A stretch of DNA of 19,642 nt from Arcobacter sp. (GCA_965662175.1 CBFIGT010000035.1:1-19642); one strand, 5' to 3'; numbered from the stretch's first letter, positions 1-8,957 are shown. The notes: generated from the sequence alone by a model not told the origin. A program made the numbers and translations.

Positions 1-2
1 AT

Positions 3-683
3 ATACCCTTGTGGAACTATTGAATCAAAATATAATCCCTCATCAATATTGTCTAAAATAGATCCCGTTAGAAAATCATTTATTGTATCTTCATCCAAGT
101 CATATCTTAAAGCCAATGTAAAAAAGTCTTTTGTATTAAATATTCTAAAATCTCTATTTTTTAAAAACTGATTTACAGATTCATAAATCTCTAAAGCTCC
201 AACTTGTTTTGAAATATTTACAATATGTTTTAACTCTAATCCAATCATATCACTCAAAAATCTATATAAAGCATCTGAGAATTTAACAGTTACATTAAAC
301 GTACTAAACTCTAAAATCATATATCGATTTTCTACATTTAAAATATTTTTTAATACATCGCTAGTTTGCTCTAAAACAAATGCTGAAACACCAATATTTG
401 AAGTGAAATAATTAATAGCTTTTTCATCAACAAATCTCAATTTAAAATCTAGTTTTGTTGACCAATACTGTTTTAAAGCTTCTGTTGTAGGAGTTCTTCC
501 TGAACTCACATGCTCTTGAGCTAAATATCCCTCATCACCTAACTTCTTAAAGTAACCTCTAATAGTCGCAGGTGAGTATGTAATATCATACATACTTTTT
601 AATTGAGATGAACCAATAGGTTCTAAATGCTCAATATAAGCTTTAATAATAGATTGTAATAAAAACTCTTTTTTATCCATCAT
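3..683 (-). CDS. hrcA: Heat-inducible transcription repressor HrcA (partial; 3' end runs off the window start)
   Basis: Not in the ORF track. Manual translation from ATG 683 (or 680): MMDKKEFLLQSIIKAYIEHLEPIGSSQLKSMYDITYSPATIRGYFKKLGDEGYLAQEHVSSGRTPTTEALKQYW..., open to the window edge. Matches the HrcA wHTH motifs (P(I/V)GS, S(P/S)ATIR, H.SSGR.PT); CIRCE elements lie directly upstream. Confidence 0.95.
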   Translation of the reverse strand, partial: MMDKKEFLLQSIIKAYIEHLEPIGSSQLKSMYDITYSPATIRGYFKKLGDEGYLAQEHVSSGRTPTTEALKQYWSTKLDFKLRFVDEKAINYFTSNIGVSAFVLEQTSDVLKNILNVENRYMILEFSTFNVTVKFSDALYRFLSDMIGLELKHIVNISKQVGALEIYESVNQFLKNRDFRIFNTKDFFTLALRYDLDEDTINDFLTGSILDNIDEGLYFDSIVPQGY

Positions 684-703
684 TTCACAACCAATCTGTT
701 TTT

Positions 704-730
704 TTAGCACTCATAATCCTAAACTGCTAA
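704..730. promoter_or_regulatory. CIRCE element 1 (HrcA operator)
   Basis: TTAGCACTC-N9-AACTGCTAA versus consensus TTAGCACTC-N9-GAGTGCTAA (9/9 and 7/9); lies between the -10 box and the hrcA start. Confidence 0.9.
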
Positions 731-733
731 AGA

Positions 734-763
734 ATTATACACTATTGAGTCTTATTTTGTCAA
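734..763 (-). promoter_or_regulatory. sigma70-type promoter of hrcA
   Basis: Minus strand TTGACA (763-758), 18-nt spacer, TATAAT (739-734); both hexamers are perfect consensus. Confidence 0.75.
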
Positions 764-764
764 G
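744..764. promoter_or_regulatory. HAIR-like element (putative HspR operator)
   Basis: ATTGAGT-N7-TGTCAAG versus HAIR consensus CTTGAGT-N7-ACTCAAG (6/7 and 5/7, exact spacing); overlaps the -35 hexamer. Confidence 0.6.
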
Positions 765-770
765 TATATT

Positions 771-797
771 TTGGCATTATGCATATAAAAGTGCTAA
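771..797. promoter_or_regulatory. CIRCE element 2 (degenerate)
   Basis: TTGGCATTA-N9-AAGTGCTAA (6/9 and 8/9 matches, exact 9-nt spacer), just upstream of the -35. Confidence 0.7.
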
Positions 798-810
798 TTT
801 AAAAAAATCT

Positions 811-1179
811 TTACTCTTTTGATTCTTCAATATCAATTTCCCAAATAACAGAAATCCCGTATTCTTCACTTAATGTAATATATTTTTGATAGGTTTTTTT
901 AGGCTTATAGCCTTGAGTATATAAAGTTACTATGACATCATTTCCTAATAATAGTTCTCTTATCTCTTTTTGTTTTAGATATTTTCCATATTTTCTTAAA
1001 GCATTTTGCCATATTCTAAATGAGCAAGTTGATTCTTTAGTTAGCTCAAACATCTCTCCATCTTCACTGTACCAAGAGGCATTTGTGCAAGCATACATTT
1101 CAACTTTTTTACCATTTACCTCTTTTTTTCTAACTTCAATTTGGCCATCTTTACAATATGGGCATTTTCCTAAAATCAA
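811..1179 (-). CDS. Small Cys4 zinc-ribbon protein resembling the topoisomerase III C-terminal repeat (Toprim_Crpt-like), stand-alone
   Basis: 122 aa; LGKCPYC...YACTN...CSFRIW...EIRELL follows the lG.CP.C...y.C.n...C.F.iw...i..LL pattern. TTG start with AAGGA 6 nt upstream; TTGA overlap with the MFS stop. Confidence 0.7.
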   Translation of the reverse strand: MILGKCPYCKDGQIEVRKKEVNGKKVEMYACTNASWYSEDGEMFELTKESTCSFRIWQNALRKYGKYLKQKEIRELLLGNDVIVTLYTQGYKPKKTYQKYITLSEEYGISVIWEIDIEESKE

Positions 1180-2324
1180 TTATAATCCTTAAAAAAAACT
1201 CTGCTTTTATAAATAAATATCAACACACCTAATAAAAGTAGCGAACAAAATATAATTGTAAAATCCCAACCAAAACTTTGATATAACATTGGAGGAATTA
1301 CAGAACCAACCGCACCACCAATATAATAAAAACTCAAATACATTCCTGAGGTTAATGCTTTTTGAGTCTCTTTTAAAGAGTTAGCAACTCTTGTGCTTAC
1401 GGTATGAATAATAAACATTCCAAAACAGAATAAAAATACATTTAAAAAAGCAATAATTGGATTTGCAATTAAAAAAAATCCAGTTGATACTAAAAATGTG
1501 GATATTCCAAAAAGAACACTTTTCATCTCTTTTTTGAAAAACTTTATAATTTTGTGTATAAATAAAGAGACAACAATTCCAACACCATAACCTAAATATA
1601 AAAGTCCAATTTGACTCTCAGTTGTACTTGGGTCAAGCTCTTTTATTCTAAATGGTAAAATATTTAAAATCCCAGCAAAAACAAAAAAAACAATAAACAT
1701 CAAACTATAAATAACTACAAATCTCTTATCTTTTAATATCTGCTTTATATCAAAAACTGTTGCTTTTGTTAGGTGTGCCTCACCATCAAACTCTAATTTA
1801 CTTATCAAAAATAGTCCTATCACAGAAGCAAAAGAGAGAGATAAAAATACCATCTCCCAACCAAAATATGTTGCAATATAGCCTGAAAAAACACGTCCAA
1901 CTAATCCTCCAAATACAGTAGAAGCCACATATATTGACATATTTAGTTTCACATTTTGCTTATCAATATTTGCCAAAATTGACATAGAAGAGGTTAATAT
2001 TGCAGGTATTACAATAGCTTCAATAGTTCTAATAGCTAAAAACATTTCATAACTATTAGTAAATGATAAAAGGGTATTTGTAATAATCAAAATAAAAGAG
2101 GCAATAAGAAGCATTTTTTTTGCATTTACCCTTTCTAAAATATATCCATAAATAATAGGAGCAATGGCAAGAAATAGCATAATAACAGCTGTAAATTGGG
2201 AAGATTTAACAATTGATATATTAAACTCTTTTGATAAAAGAGGTTGTAATGGTTGTGTTGCATACATAATTGAGAGTATTACAACAATATTAAATACAAT
2301 AATAAAGAGTTCTTTTTTTTTCAT
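1176..2324 (-). CDS. MFS transporter, YnfM-like
   Basis: 382 aa, about 12 hydrophobic segments; N-terminal MYATQPLQPLL, GGLVGRVFSG and C-terminal YLSFYYIGGAVG resemble the YnfM family. Confidence 0.85.
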   Translation of the reverse strand: MKKKELFIIVFNIVVILSIMYATQPLQPLLSKEFNISIVKSSQFTAVIMLFLAIAPIIYGYILERVNAKKMLLIASFILIITNTLLSFTNSYEMFLAIRTIEAIVIPAILTSSMSILANIDKQNVKLNMSIYVASTVFGGLVGRVFSGYIATYFGWEMVFLSLSFASVIGLFLISKLEFDGEAHLTKATVFDIKQILKDKRFVVIYSLMFIVFFVFAGILNILPFRIKELDPSTTESQIGLLYLGYGVGIVVSLFIHKIIKFFKKEMKSVLFGISTFLVSTGFFLIANPIIAFLNVFLFCFGMFIIHTVSTRVANSLKETQKALTSGMYLSFYYIGGAVGSVIPPMLYQSFGWDFTIIFCSLLLLGVLIFIYKSRVFFKDYN

Positions 2325-2346
2325 TTTAACTTAAATTTATATAAAT

Positions 2347-2376
2347 AAAAAAGGTGAGAAAAAATTCTCACCTTTT
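2347..2376 (-). terminator. Intrinsic terminator after the response regulator
   Basis: 12-bp perfect inverted repeat AAAAGGTGAGAA (2349-2360) / TTCTCACCTTTT (2365-2376), 4-nt loop, followed on the minus strand by a T-rich run. Confidence 0.8.
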
Positions 2377-2397
2377 ATATTCTGATTATTATAAAAC

Positions 2398-3114
2398 CTA
2401 CATATAAGGAAGTTCGATTATATAACCATAACCTTTTTGAGAGATAATAAAATCATCATCAATAATTTTATCTTTTAATCTTTTCATAACTGTTCTAAAT
2501 GCAGAGTCATTTGTAGTTAAGTCACCCCAAACATCCTCTTTAAATTTTTCAACAGAAACAACTTCTCCAAGATTTTTAATTAGTACTTCTAAAATTTGAG
2601 ACTCTTTTTTAGAAAGTTTTACACTAAGTCCATCTTTATACAAAAGACTTCTTGTTCTATTGTATGTATATGTATTGTTTAAAACTAATGGAGAATCATC
2701 CTCTTTAGTCTCTTTTTTTGTTGCTAATAATTCATCATTTGCTTTTTGAAGCATATCCATCATATTATCAACATTTAAAGGTTTTACAAAGTATCCCAAC
2801 ACTTTTAAGTTAATAAGCTTTAATAAATCTTCTTCATTTTTATGAGCTGATACTATAATAAATCTTTGTTCTGGAATAATTTCCAGCATCTCATCAATCA
2901 TCTCAATTCCATCTTTATTAGGCATTTTAATGTCTGTTAAAACTAAATCAAAAGATTTATCTTCATCATGTGCTTCTTTAAAGTAATCAATTCCCTCTTG
3001 TCCATCACTAGCAACAACCACTTCATCAAAGATTGTATTTAAATAAAAAGATAGAGTTTTTCTTGCAACCTCTTCATCTTCTACTAATAAAACTCTAGTT
3101 GTATATGTACTCAT
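2398..3114 (-). CDS. OmpR/PhoB-family DNA-binding response regulator (no adjacent kinase)
   Basis: Receiver motifs LLVEDE, LTDIKMP..DG, SAH, YFVKP; C-terminal wHTH LSKKE..IL..L, VW, MKRLKDKI, GYGY. SD AGGAG upstream. Confidence 0.93.
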   Translation of the reverse strand: MSTYTTRVLLVEDEEVARKTLSFYLNTIFDEVVVASDGQEGIDYFKEAHDEDKSFDLVLTDIKMPNKDGIEMIDEMLEIIPEQRFIIVSAHKNEEDLLKLINLKVLGYFVKPLNVDNMMDMLQKANDELLATKKETKEDDSPLVLNNTYTYNRTRSLLYKDGLSVKLSKKESQILEVLIKNLGEVVSVEKFKEDVWGDLTTNDSAFRTVMKRLKDKIIDDDFIISQKGYGYIIELPYM

Positions 3115-3161
3115 ATAGAGCTCCTATTTATATTTTGTTATTTTAATATTAATTGACAGCT

Positions 3162-3170
3162 AGTATACCA
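3162..3170 (-). promoter_or_regulatory. Extended -10 promoter of the response regulator
   Basis: Minus strand TGGTATACT (TGnTATAcT), about 47 nt upstream of the ATG. Confidence 0.55.
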
Positions 3171-3246
3171 TTTTTTTAATTAATTGTATAAATTATTTCA
3201 ATAAATTACAATATTTTTTTTCAAAAGCTACAATTTTTAAAAGTTA

Positions 3247-3969
3247 TTAATATTTGACCTTGCTTAAATAGAGCCCATAAGGTGAAGCCGGCACTTTAAA
3301 AATATAGTTTTTTTTATCAAGCTGATTTTTCAAATCCTCTTTTGTCAAAACACCACTTGATATTTTTAATAAAAATCCAACCATTAATCTCATTTGAGAA
3401 CGCAAATAAGAGTTAGCCTCAAACTTAAATACATAAACATCTTTATATTTATAAAAAGTAGCACTATAAATCTCTCTTACTAAGTTCTCTTTTCCACTTC
3501 CACGCTTGTGAAAATACTCAAAATCGTGAACTCCCTCAAAAAGTTTTATGGCCTCATTTATTTTTTTTTCATCAATTTGTTTAAAATAAGTTATATAGTT
3601 GGCAAAAAAAGGTTCTAGTTTTTTATTGCTTATAAAATATCTATAAACTCTTTTTTTAGCATGAAATCTAGCATGAAATTCATCAGCAACCTCTTTTATA
3701 CTTTTTACTCGTATTGATAAGGGTAGTTTATTGTTTAAAACCTCTTTTAATTTTTGTAAATCTTTCCAAAAAGAGGGAATTTTTATATTAAAAACCTGTC
3801 CTGTAGCATGTACATCTTTATCTGTTCTTCCACTAAGTGTAATATTAGGCTCAATATTTAAAATATTAAATACTTCCATAAGTTTATCTTCAACACTTCT
3901 TTTATTTGCTTGTTTTTGACTTCCTAAATATAAAGAACCGTCATAAGAGATAGTTATTTTGACATTCAT
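3247..3969 (-). CDS. truA: tRNA pseudouridine(38-40) synthase TruA
   Basis: ISYDGS.Y.GSQ, catalytic SGRTDKDVHA.GQ, FHARF.AKKR.YRY, GLYL motifs. Confidence 0.96.
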   Translation of the reverse strand: MNVKITISYDGSLYLGSQKQANKRSVEDKLMEVFNILNIEPNITLSGRTDKDVHATGQVFNIKIPSFWKDLQKLKEVLNNKLPLSIRVKSIKEVADEFHARFHAKKRVYRYFISNKKLEPFFANYITYFKQIDEKKINEAIKLFEGVHDFEYFHKRGSGKENLVREIYSATFYKYKDVYVFKFEANSYLRSQMRLMVGFLLKISSGVLTKEDLKNQLDKKNYIFKVPASPYGLYLSKVKY

Positions 3970-4985
3970 TAATAAACTTTTTTAATATTTCTTCTATATA
4001 AATAGTAAGTAAATAAAAACCAAACAATAGGCAAAGTATATAAGGCATTAAAAATAATAGATTTCGATAAATAATCAGAAAATATGTAGTATACAACAGT
4101 AAAAGAGACAGCCAATGCAACTGAACTATTTTTTTCATACCTTGGATTAAAGTATCCAAAACTTATAACAGCAAATAGAGATATAAAAGGAAAGATAGAT
4201 GTTAAAATATAAAAAGTAAACTTATCACCGTCATTATAAACATTAATTCTTTTTTCCCAATAATCATAAACATTTGTATAAACATCTAACTTTGTTTGGG
4301 CAACAGTATCATTTATATGCATTTTTTCATAATTTATTTGATTAACCTTATCTTTTTCAAAATAAAAGGTTTTTCCATTATTTAATACAAAACTTAAATC
4401 TCCTGATTCATTATTTAAGTTTGCACTTTTTGAAATAATAAATTGGTCAAGCTCTTTTTCTGTTTTAAAAAGTTTCACCTCTTCATAATATTTATCATCT
4501 TTTTTACTAATATAGATAAGCCAATCACCAAACTTTTGACCAAACTCAGAGGCTTTAATATTAAAGTTTGCCTCTTTGGTTTTTTGATCCATTAATTTAT
4601 TTGTTAAATATTTTGTTTTAGGAATAAGCCCTAGGGATATAACTAATAAAGATATGGAGATAATAAAACTTACAGGTAAAAATATTTTTAATATATTTTT
4701 AGGATTTAATCCAAAAGAGGTAATAACAATAAGTTCATATTCACTTGAAAGTTTTGCTAAGGTAATTACAAGTGAAATAAAAAATGATACAGGTAGAGTA
4801 TAAAAAAGTATATTTGGAATTACATATGAATATAGTGTTGCTAATTCAAAAAAGTTGATTGTTACAACAGAGGTAAATGAAGCAATCCTAACTAAAAATA
4901 TAATTGAAGTAATAAAAAATAGTCCTAAAAAAATAGGAAAGAATGCATTACTTAACTGTGATAATAAATACCCTTTTAACTTCAC
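3969..4985 (-). CDS. LptF/LptG-family LPS export permease
   Basis: 338 aa, 3 TM + soluble beta-rich domain + 3 TM; motif LAKLSSEYELIVITSFG; conserved position between the prepilin peptidase and truA. Confidence 0.85.
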   Translation of the reverse strand: MKLKGYLLSQLSNAFFPIFLGLFFITSIIFLVRIASFTSVVTINFFELATLYSYVIPNILFYTLPVSFFISLVITLAKLSSEYELIVITSFGLNPKNILKIFLPVSFIISISLLVISLGLIPKTKYLTNKLMDQKTKEANFNIKASEFGQKFGDWLIYISKKDDKYYEEVKLFKTEKELDQFIISKSANLNNESGDLSFVLNNGKTFYFEKDKVNQINYEKMHINDTVAQTKLDVYTNVYDYWEKRINVYNDGDKFTFYILTSIFPFISLFAVISFGYFNPRYEKNSSVALAVSFTVVYYIFSDYLSKSIIFNALYTLPIVWFLFTYYLYRRNIKKVY

Positions 4986-5752
4986 TAAATACCCTTTGAT
5001 AATGAAAAAAGATACTCAATCATAAAACCCAAAAGTAAATAAGGTATAAAAGGTGTTTGATTATCTCTTTTTTTAATAATATTATAAATTGATGGAATTA
5101 TAGCAAAAAGTGCTGCTAAAAATATAGCTACAAGACCTGCTTTTATTCCTAATATCGCTCCAATAAGTGCAATAATAGGAATATCGCCCTCACCTAAGGC
5201 TTTTTGTTCTTTTAATGATTCATCTTTTGTTATCTTAGATTTTATATTTTGAATATAAAAAGTAACCAAAAAATCTAATATTACAAATGCCCCTGCAAAA
5301 ATAAATGCATTTTTAAAACCCAAAATAAAATCATTATAAGTTGTCAACATCCCTACTATAAAAGCTAATAATAAAATAGTATCAGGAACAGCTTTATAAG
5401 CAAAATCTATAAAAGCTAACACTATTAAAATATAAAAAAGAGTTAACATTATAAAAAAGTCATAGCTAAAGCCAAGTTTTAAAAAAAGAAGTAAAGTAAC
5501 TATTGCACTAAAAATTTCTACAAAAAAATAGTTAATAGAGAATTTCTCTCCACACTTTATACAACGCCCTTTTAAAAGTAAATATGAGAAAATCGGGATA
5601 TTAAAATACCATTCTATTTTTAATCCACATTTAGTACAGTGACTTCTTGGAGTAATAATTGATTCTCCCTTTGGAACTCTTATTATCACTACATTTAAAA
5701 ATGAGCCAATAATTGCACCAAAAAGAAAAACAAAAAGATTAGATAGCTCCAA
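4985..5752 (-). CDS. Type 4 prepilin peptidase (A24, PilD-like)
   Basis: GAIIGSFLNVVI.R.P, PRSHC..C, NIPIFSYLLLKGRC..C, aspartates in AFID and GEGD, PFIPYL. TTG at 5752 chosen as the likely start (short overlap with uppS) instead of the track's 5779. Confidence 0.92.
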   Translation of the reverse strand: MELSNLFVFLFGAIIGSFLNVVIIRVPKGESIITPRSHCTKCGLKIEWYFNIPIFSYLLLKGRCIKCGEKFSINYFFVEIFSAIVTLLLFLKLGFSYDFFIMLTLFYILIVLAFIDFAYKAVPDTILLLAFIVGMLTTYNDFILGFKNAFIFAGAFVILDFLVTFYIQNIKSKITKDESLKEQKALGEGDIPIIALIGAILGIKAGLVAIFLAALFAIIPSIYNIIKKRDNQTPFIPYLLLGFMIEYLFSLSKGI

Positions 5753-6419
5753 ATCTTCTCTCTCGTTTATTATAATCACTAATTAAATCATCAAGTTCAT
5801 CTTTTGAAAACTCAGGCCAATAGGTTTTTGTAAAAAACATCTCAGCATAAGCATTTTGCCAAAGAAGATAATTAGATAATCTTATCTCTCCACTTGTTCT
5901 AATCATCATATCAACATCAGGCATTCCACTTGTATCTAAACAAGCTTCCAAATTCTCTTCATTTGGCTCTAAGTTTTGCTCATTTAGTTTTTTTACAGCT
6001 CTTATAATCTCATCTCGTGAGCCATAGTTTAAAGCTAGAACTTGAGTTAAACCATCACCTTTTGAAGTTTTTTCTTCAGTTAATTTTATAACTTTTTGTA
6101 AAGATTTAGAGAACTTTGATAAATCCCCAATTGCTTTAAATCTAACTCTATTTTCTAAATAAACAGGCAACTCTTTTTTTAGATATCTCTCTAATAATTT
6201 CATTAAAAATTCAACTTCTAATTTTGGTCTTGACCAATTTTCAGTTGAAAAAGCGTATAAAGTAAGATATTTTATTCCAATATTATTAGCATGTGTTGTA
6301 ATCTCTCTTACAACTTTTGCACCCTCTTCATGTCCAGCAGTTCGGTTAAGACCTTTTTCTTTAGCCCATCTACCGTTTCCATCCATTATTATTGCTATAT
6401 GTTTTGGTAGATTATTCAT
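5739..6419 (-). CDS. uppS: Undecaprenyl diphosphate synthase
   Basis: HIAIIMDGNGRWA, YAFSTENWSRP, ALNYGSR.EI, IRTSGE.RLSNYLLWQ, RRFG. Confidence 0.97.
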   Translation of the reverse strand: MNNLPKHIAIIMDGNGRWAKEKGLNRTAGHEEGAKVVREITTHANNIGIKYLTLYAFSTENWSRPKLEVEFLMKLLERYLKKELPVYLENRVRFKAIGDLSKFSKSLQKVIKLTEEKTSKGDGLTQVLALNYGSRDEIIRAVKKLNEQNLEPNEENLEACLDTSGMPDVDMMIRTSGEIRLSNYLLWQNAYAEMFFTKTYWPEFSKDELDDLISDYNKRERRFGAI

Positions 6420-7641
6420 AAAACTCCGATGATAATGTATTTAAAAGATTTAAGGAGATATCAAATTTATCTCCACTAAAATTTATTGTTTTATTATTTA
6501 TTATTAAGTCAAGCTCGTTTGTAGATGAACCAAAAGAGTTACTCTCTCCAATTACATTTAAACAAACAGCATCAATTTTTTTCTCAATGCACATATTTTT
6601 TGCATTTTCACTTGCTATATTAATATCCATTTCAGCTTTAAAACCAACTGTATAGATTTCATTTTTATTTAAACTTGATAAAATATCCATATTTTGTTTC
6701 AACTCTAAACTCCAAGTAGCTCCAATCATACTTTTTTTAAGTTTTCCATCTTGGGGATAAGTTGGTATATAATCACTTATTGCAGCTACCATAAATAAAT
6801 AAGGCTTTTTTTGAAGTAAAGCTATTTTATCTTTTTTTGCAGCTTTAATTGAATCTTCCAAATGCTCATACATCTCTTGGCTACTTTGCACTTTTATAAT
6901 ATGAATATCATTTGGTAAATTCTCATAACCTCTAGTACTAACCAAACAAACATCAGCACCCTTTAAATATAAAGCAAGTGCTAAAGAAGAAGCCATTTTA
7001 CCAGATGAAAAGTTAGAAATATATCTTACATCATCAATTTTTTCAACTGTTCCACCACCACTAATTACAACTTTTCTATCACTCCAATACTCATCTTTTA
7101 AAAGCTCTTTTAAAGTTGCATAATATATATCCTCAACTTCACTCATAGCTCCAACACCTACATCTCTACAAGCTAACTCTTTTGATACAGGCTCAACAAT
7201 TTTATACTTAGAAAGTTTAAGCATTTTAAGGCTTTCAATAGTTATTGGATTTTGTATCATATTTGTATTTGCAGCTGGACAAAGTAGTTTTATTTTTGGA
7301 TATGCTAAAGCTGTTTGAGTTAATATATTATCAGCAATTCCATTTGAAAGTTTATTTATAGTATTTGCACTTGCAGGGGCTATTACAAAAATATCAGCCC
7401 ATTTTCCAATTGATATATGATTATAAAGAGACTCTTTATCCCAAGACTCATTTTCATCATCTAATATTTTTGCTTGAGAGATAGTTTCAAAAGTTAGGGG
7501 TGCTATAAATTTTTTAGCACTTTTTGTCATTATAACTTTTACATTAGCCCCCGCTTTTATATATAGTCTTACAAGTTCAATTGTTTTATAAATAGCAATT
7601 GAACCTGTCACTCCAACTAATATATTTTTATTTTTTAACAT
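6412..7641 (-). CDS. coaBC: Bifunctional phosphopantothenoylcysteine decarboxylase / phosphopantothenate-cysteine ligase
   Basis: GVTGSIAIYK, APASANTI.K, LAC.D.G.G, GGT.EKID.VRYISNFSSGKM, VGFKAE. Likely start ATG 7641 (MLKNKNIL). Confidence 0.96.
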   Translation of the reverse strand: MLKNKNILVGVTGSIAIYKTIELVRLYIKAGANVKVIMTKSAKKFIAPLTFETISQAKILDDENESWDKESLYNHISIGKWADIFVIAPASANTINKLSNGIADNILTQTALAYPKIKLLCPAANTNMIQNPITIESLKMLKLSKYKIVEPVSKELACRDVGVGAMSEVEDIYYATLKELLKDEYWSDRKVVISGGGTVEKIDDVRYISNFSSGKMASSLALALYLKGADVCLVSTRGYENLPNDIHIIKVQSSQEMYEHLEDSIKAAKKDKIALLQKKPYLFMVAAISDYIPTYPQDGKLKKSMIGATWSLELKQNMDILSSLNKNEIYTVGFKAEMDINIASENAKNMCIEKKIDAVCLNVIGESNSFGSSTNELDLIINNKTINFSGDKFDISLNLLNTLSSEFYE

Positions 7642-8935
7642 TCTTCTTCCCAAAAAACTTGTAAAAATAACCATCTATTACTTTTGTGGCTGCTCTTGTA
7701 ATTATTAAACTTCCTTTTGGTACATTTCTAGTTACAGTACTTCCAGCACCAACTAAAACATCATCTTCTATAGTTACAGGAGCTACAAGTTGTGTATCAC
7801 TTCCAATAAATACATTTTTACCTATTTTTGTTTGGTATTTTTTAATTCCATCATAATTACAAGTAATTGTTCCACAACCTACATTTGTACCCTCATCAAT
7901 TTCACAATCACCAAGATATGATAAGTGACCAGCTTTCACACCATTTAAAATAGCTTTTTTAGTCTCTACGAAGTTTCCAATATGTGTATTATTTAAGTAT
8001 GAACCTGGTCTAACTCTAGCCATTGGCCCAGCATCACTATTTATTAAAGTTGCATCTTCAATCACTGTATTTGTTTTAATATGACAATTCTCTATTTTAG
8101 TTTTTCCTAAAAGAGTTACTCCATTTTCAATAATAGATTCACCTAAAATCTCAACACCATCTTCAATATAAATAGTAGATGGTAATCGCATAATAACACC
8201 AGCTCTCATAAATGCTTCTTTTAATCTATCTTGATGAATTACTTCAGCTTCAGCTAATTCAAATTTTGAATTAACCCCTTTAAAGTTCTCTTCACTAACA
8301 GCCAATGGAACTAATTTTTGTCCATTTTTAATAGCCATCTCAACTAAATCAGTAATATAATACTCATTTTGAGCATTTTCATTTGAAAGAAGGGGTAATG
8401 AGTTTAATAAAAATTCTGAATCAAATTGATAAATTCCAGCATTTGCTGTTGTAATTGCTAACTCTTCACTTGAAGCATCTTTTTGTTCAACAACTTTTAC
8501 AACTTCACTATCTTTTATAACCACTCTTCCATATCCATCAGCACTCTCAAGCTCTAAAACAGACATAACAATAGTTGCTTCTACATCAAACTTTTTAAGC
8601 TCTTGGGCTTGAATTAAAGGCATATCACCATTTAAAACCAAAGTTTTTTCATATTTTGGTTTTATTCCCATAACAGCACCACCTGTTCCTGGGAAATTTA
8701 TATGATCTTGAATAACATAGTTAACTTTATTTCCAAAATAAGTTTGCATAGTTTGTCTAACTAAATCAGCTTGATGGTATAAAACAACAGTAATATCGTC
8801 ACTTAATTCTAAAGCCTCTTTTATTGAAAAATAAAGCATTGGTTTACCTGAAATTTTATGTAAAACTTTTGGAGTTTCAGATTTCATTCTAGTACCAGCA
8901 CCAGCAGCCAAAATTATAATTGATGTATTATTCAT
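7628..8935 (-). CDS. glmU: Bifunctional UDP-GlcNAc pyrophosphorylase / glucosamine-1-phosphate N-acetyltransferase
   Basis: ILAAGAGTRMKS..PKVLH, GTGGA, NGDMP, GYGRV, EYYITD, GNFVETK, HLSYLGD, TITCNYDG, FIGSD. SD AAGGA 8949-8945. Confidence 0.97.
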   Translation of the reverse strand: MNNTSIIILAAGAGTRMKSETPKVLHKISGKPMLYFSIKEALELSDDITVVLYHQADLVRQTMQTYFGNKVNYVIQDHINFPGTGGAVMGIKPKYEKTLVLNGDMPLIQAQELKKFDVEATIVMSVLELESADGYGRVVIKDSEVVKVVEQKDASSEELAITTANAGIYQFDSEFLLNSLPLLSNENAQNEYYITDLVEMAIKNGQKLVPLAVSEENFKGVNSKFELAEAEVIHQDRLKEAFMRAGVIMRLPSTIYIEDGVEILGESIIENGVTLLGKTKIENCHIKTNTVIEDATLINSDAGPMARVRPGSYLNNTHIGNFVETKKAILNGVKAGHLSYLGDCEIDEGTNVGCGTITCNYDGIKKYQTKIGKNVFIGSDTQLVAPVTIEDDVLVGAGSTVTRNVPKGSLIITRAATKVIDGYFYKFFGKKNVKK

Positions 8936-8957
8936 TATTCATATTCCTTTTATTAGT

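Noticed and set aside
932..1192. Plus-strand 86-aa ORF
   Set aside because: Antisense shadow of the Zn-ribbon gene; no SD or motif.
3731..4159. ORFs 3731..3919 (+) and 3941..4159 (-)
   Set aside because: Lie within truA and lptF/G, antisense or in an alternative frame; no recognisable features.
8929..8942. 7-bp tandem ATGAATA creating an out-of-frame ATG (MNNE*) just upstream of glmU
   Set aside because: That ATG is only 2 nt from the SD, whereas the glmU ATG is 9 nt away; probably incidental.
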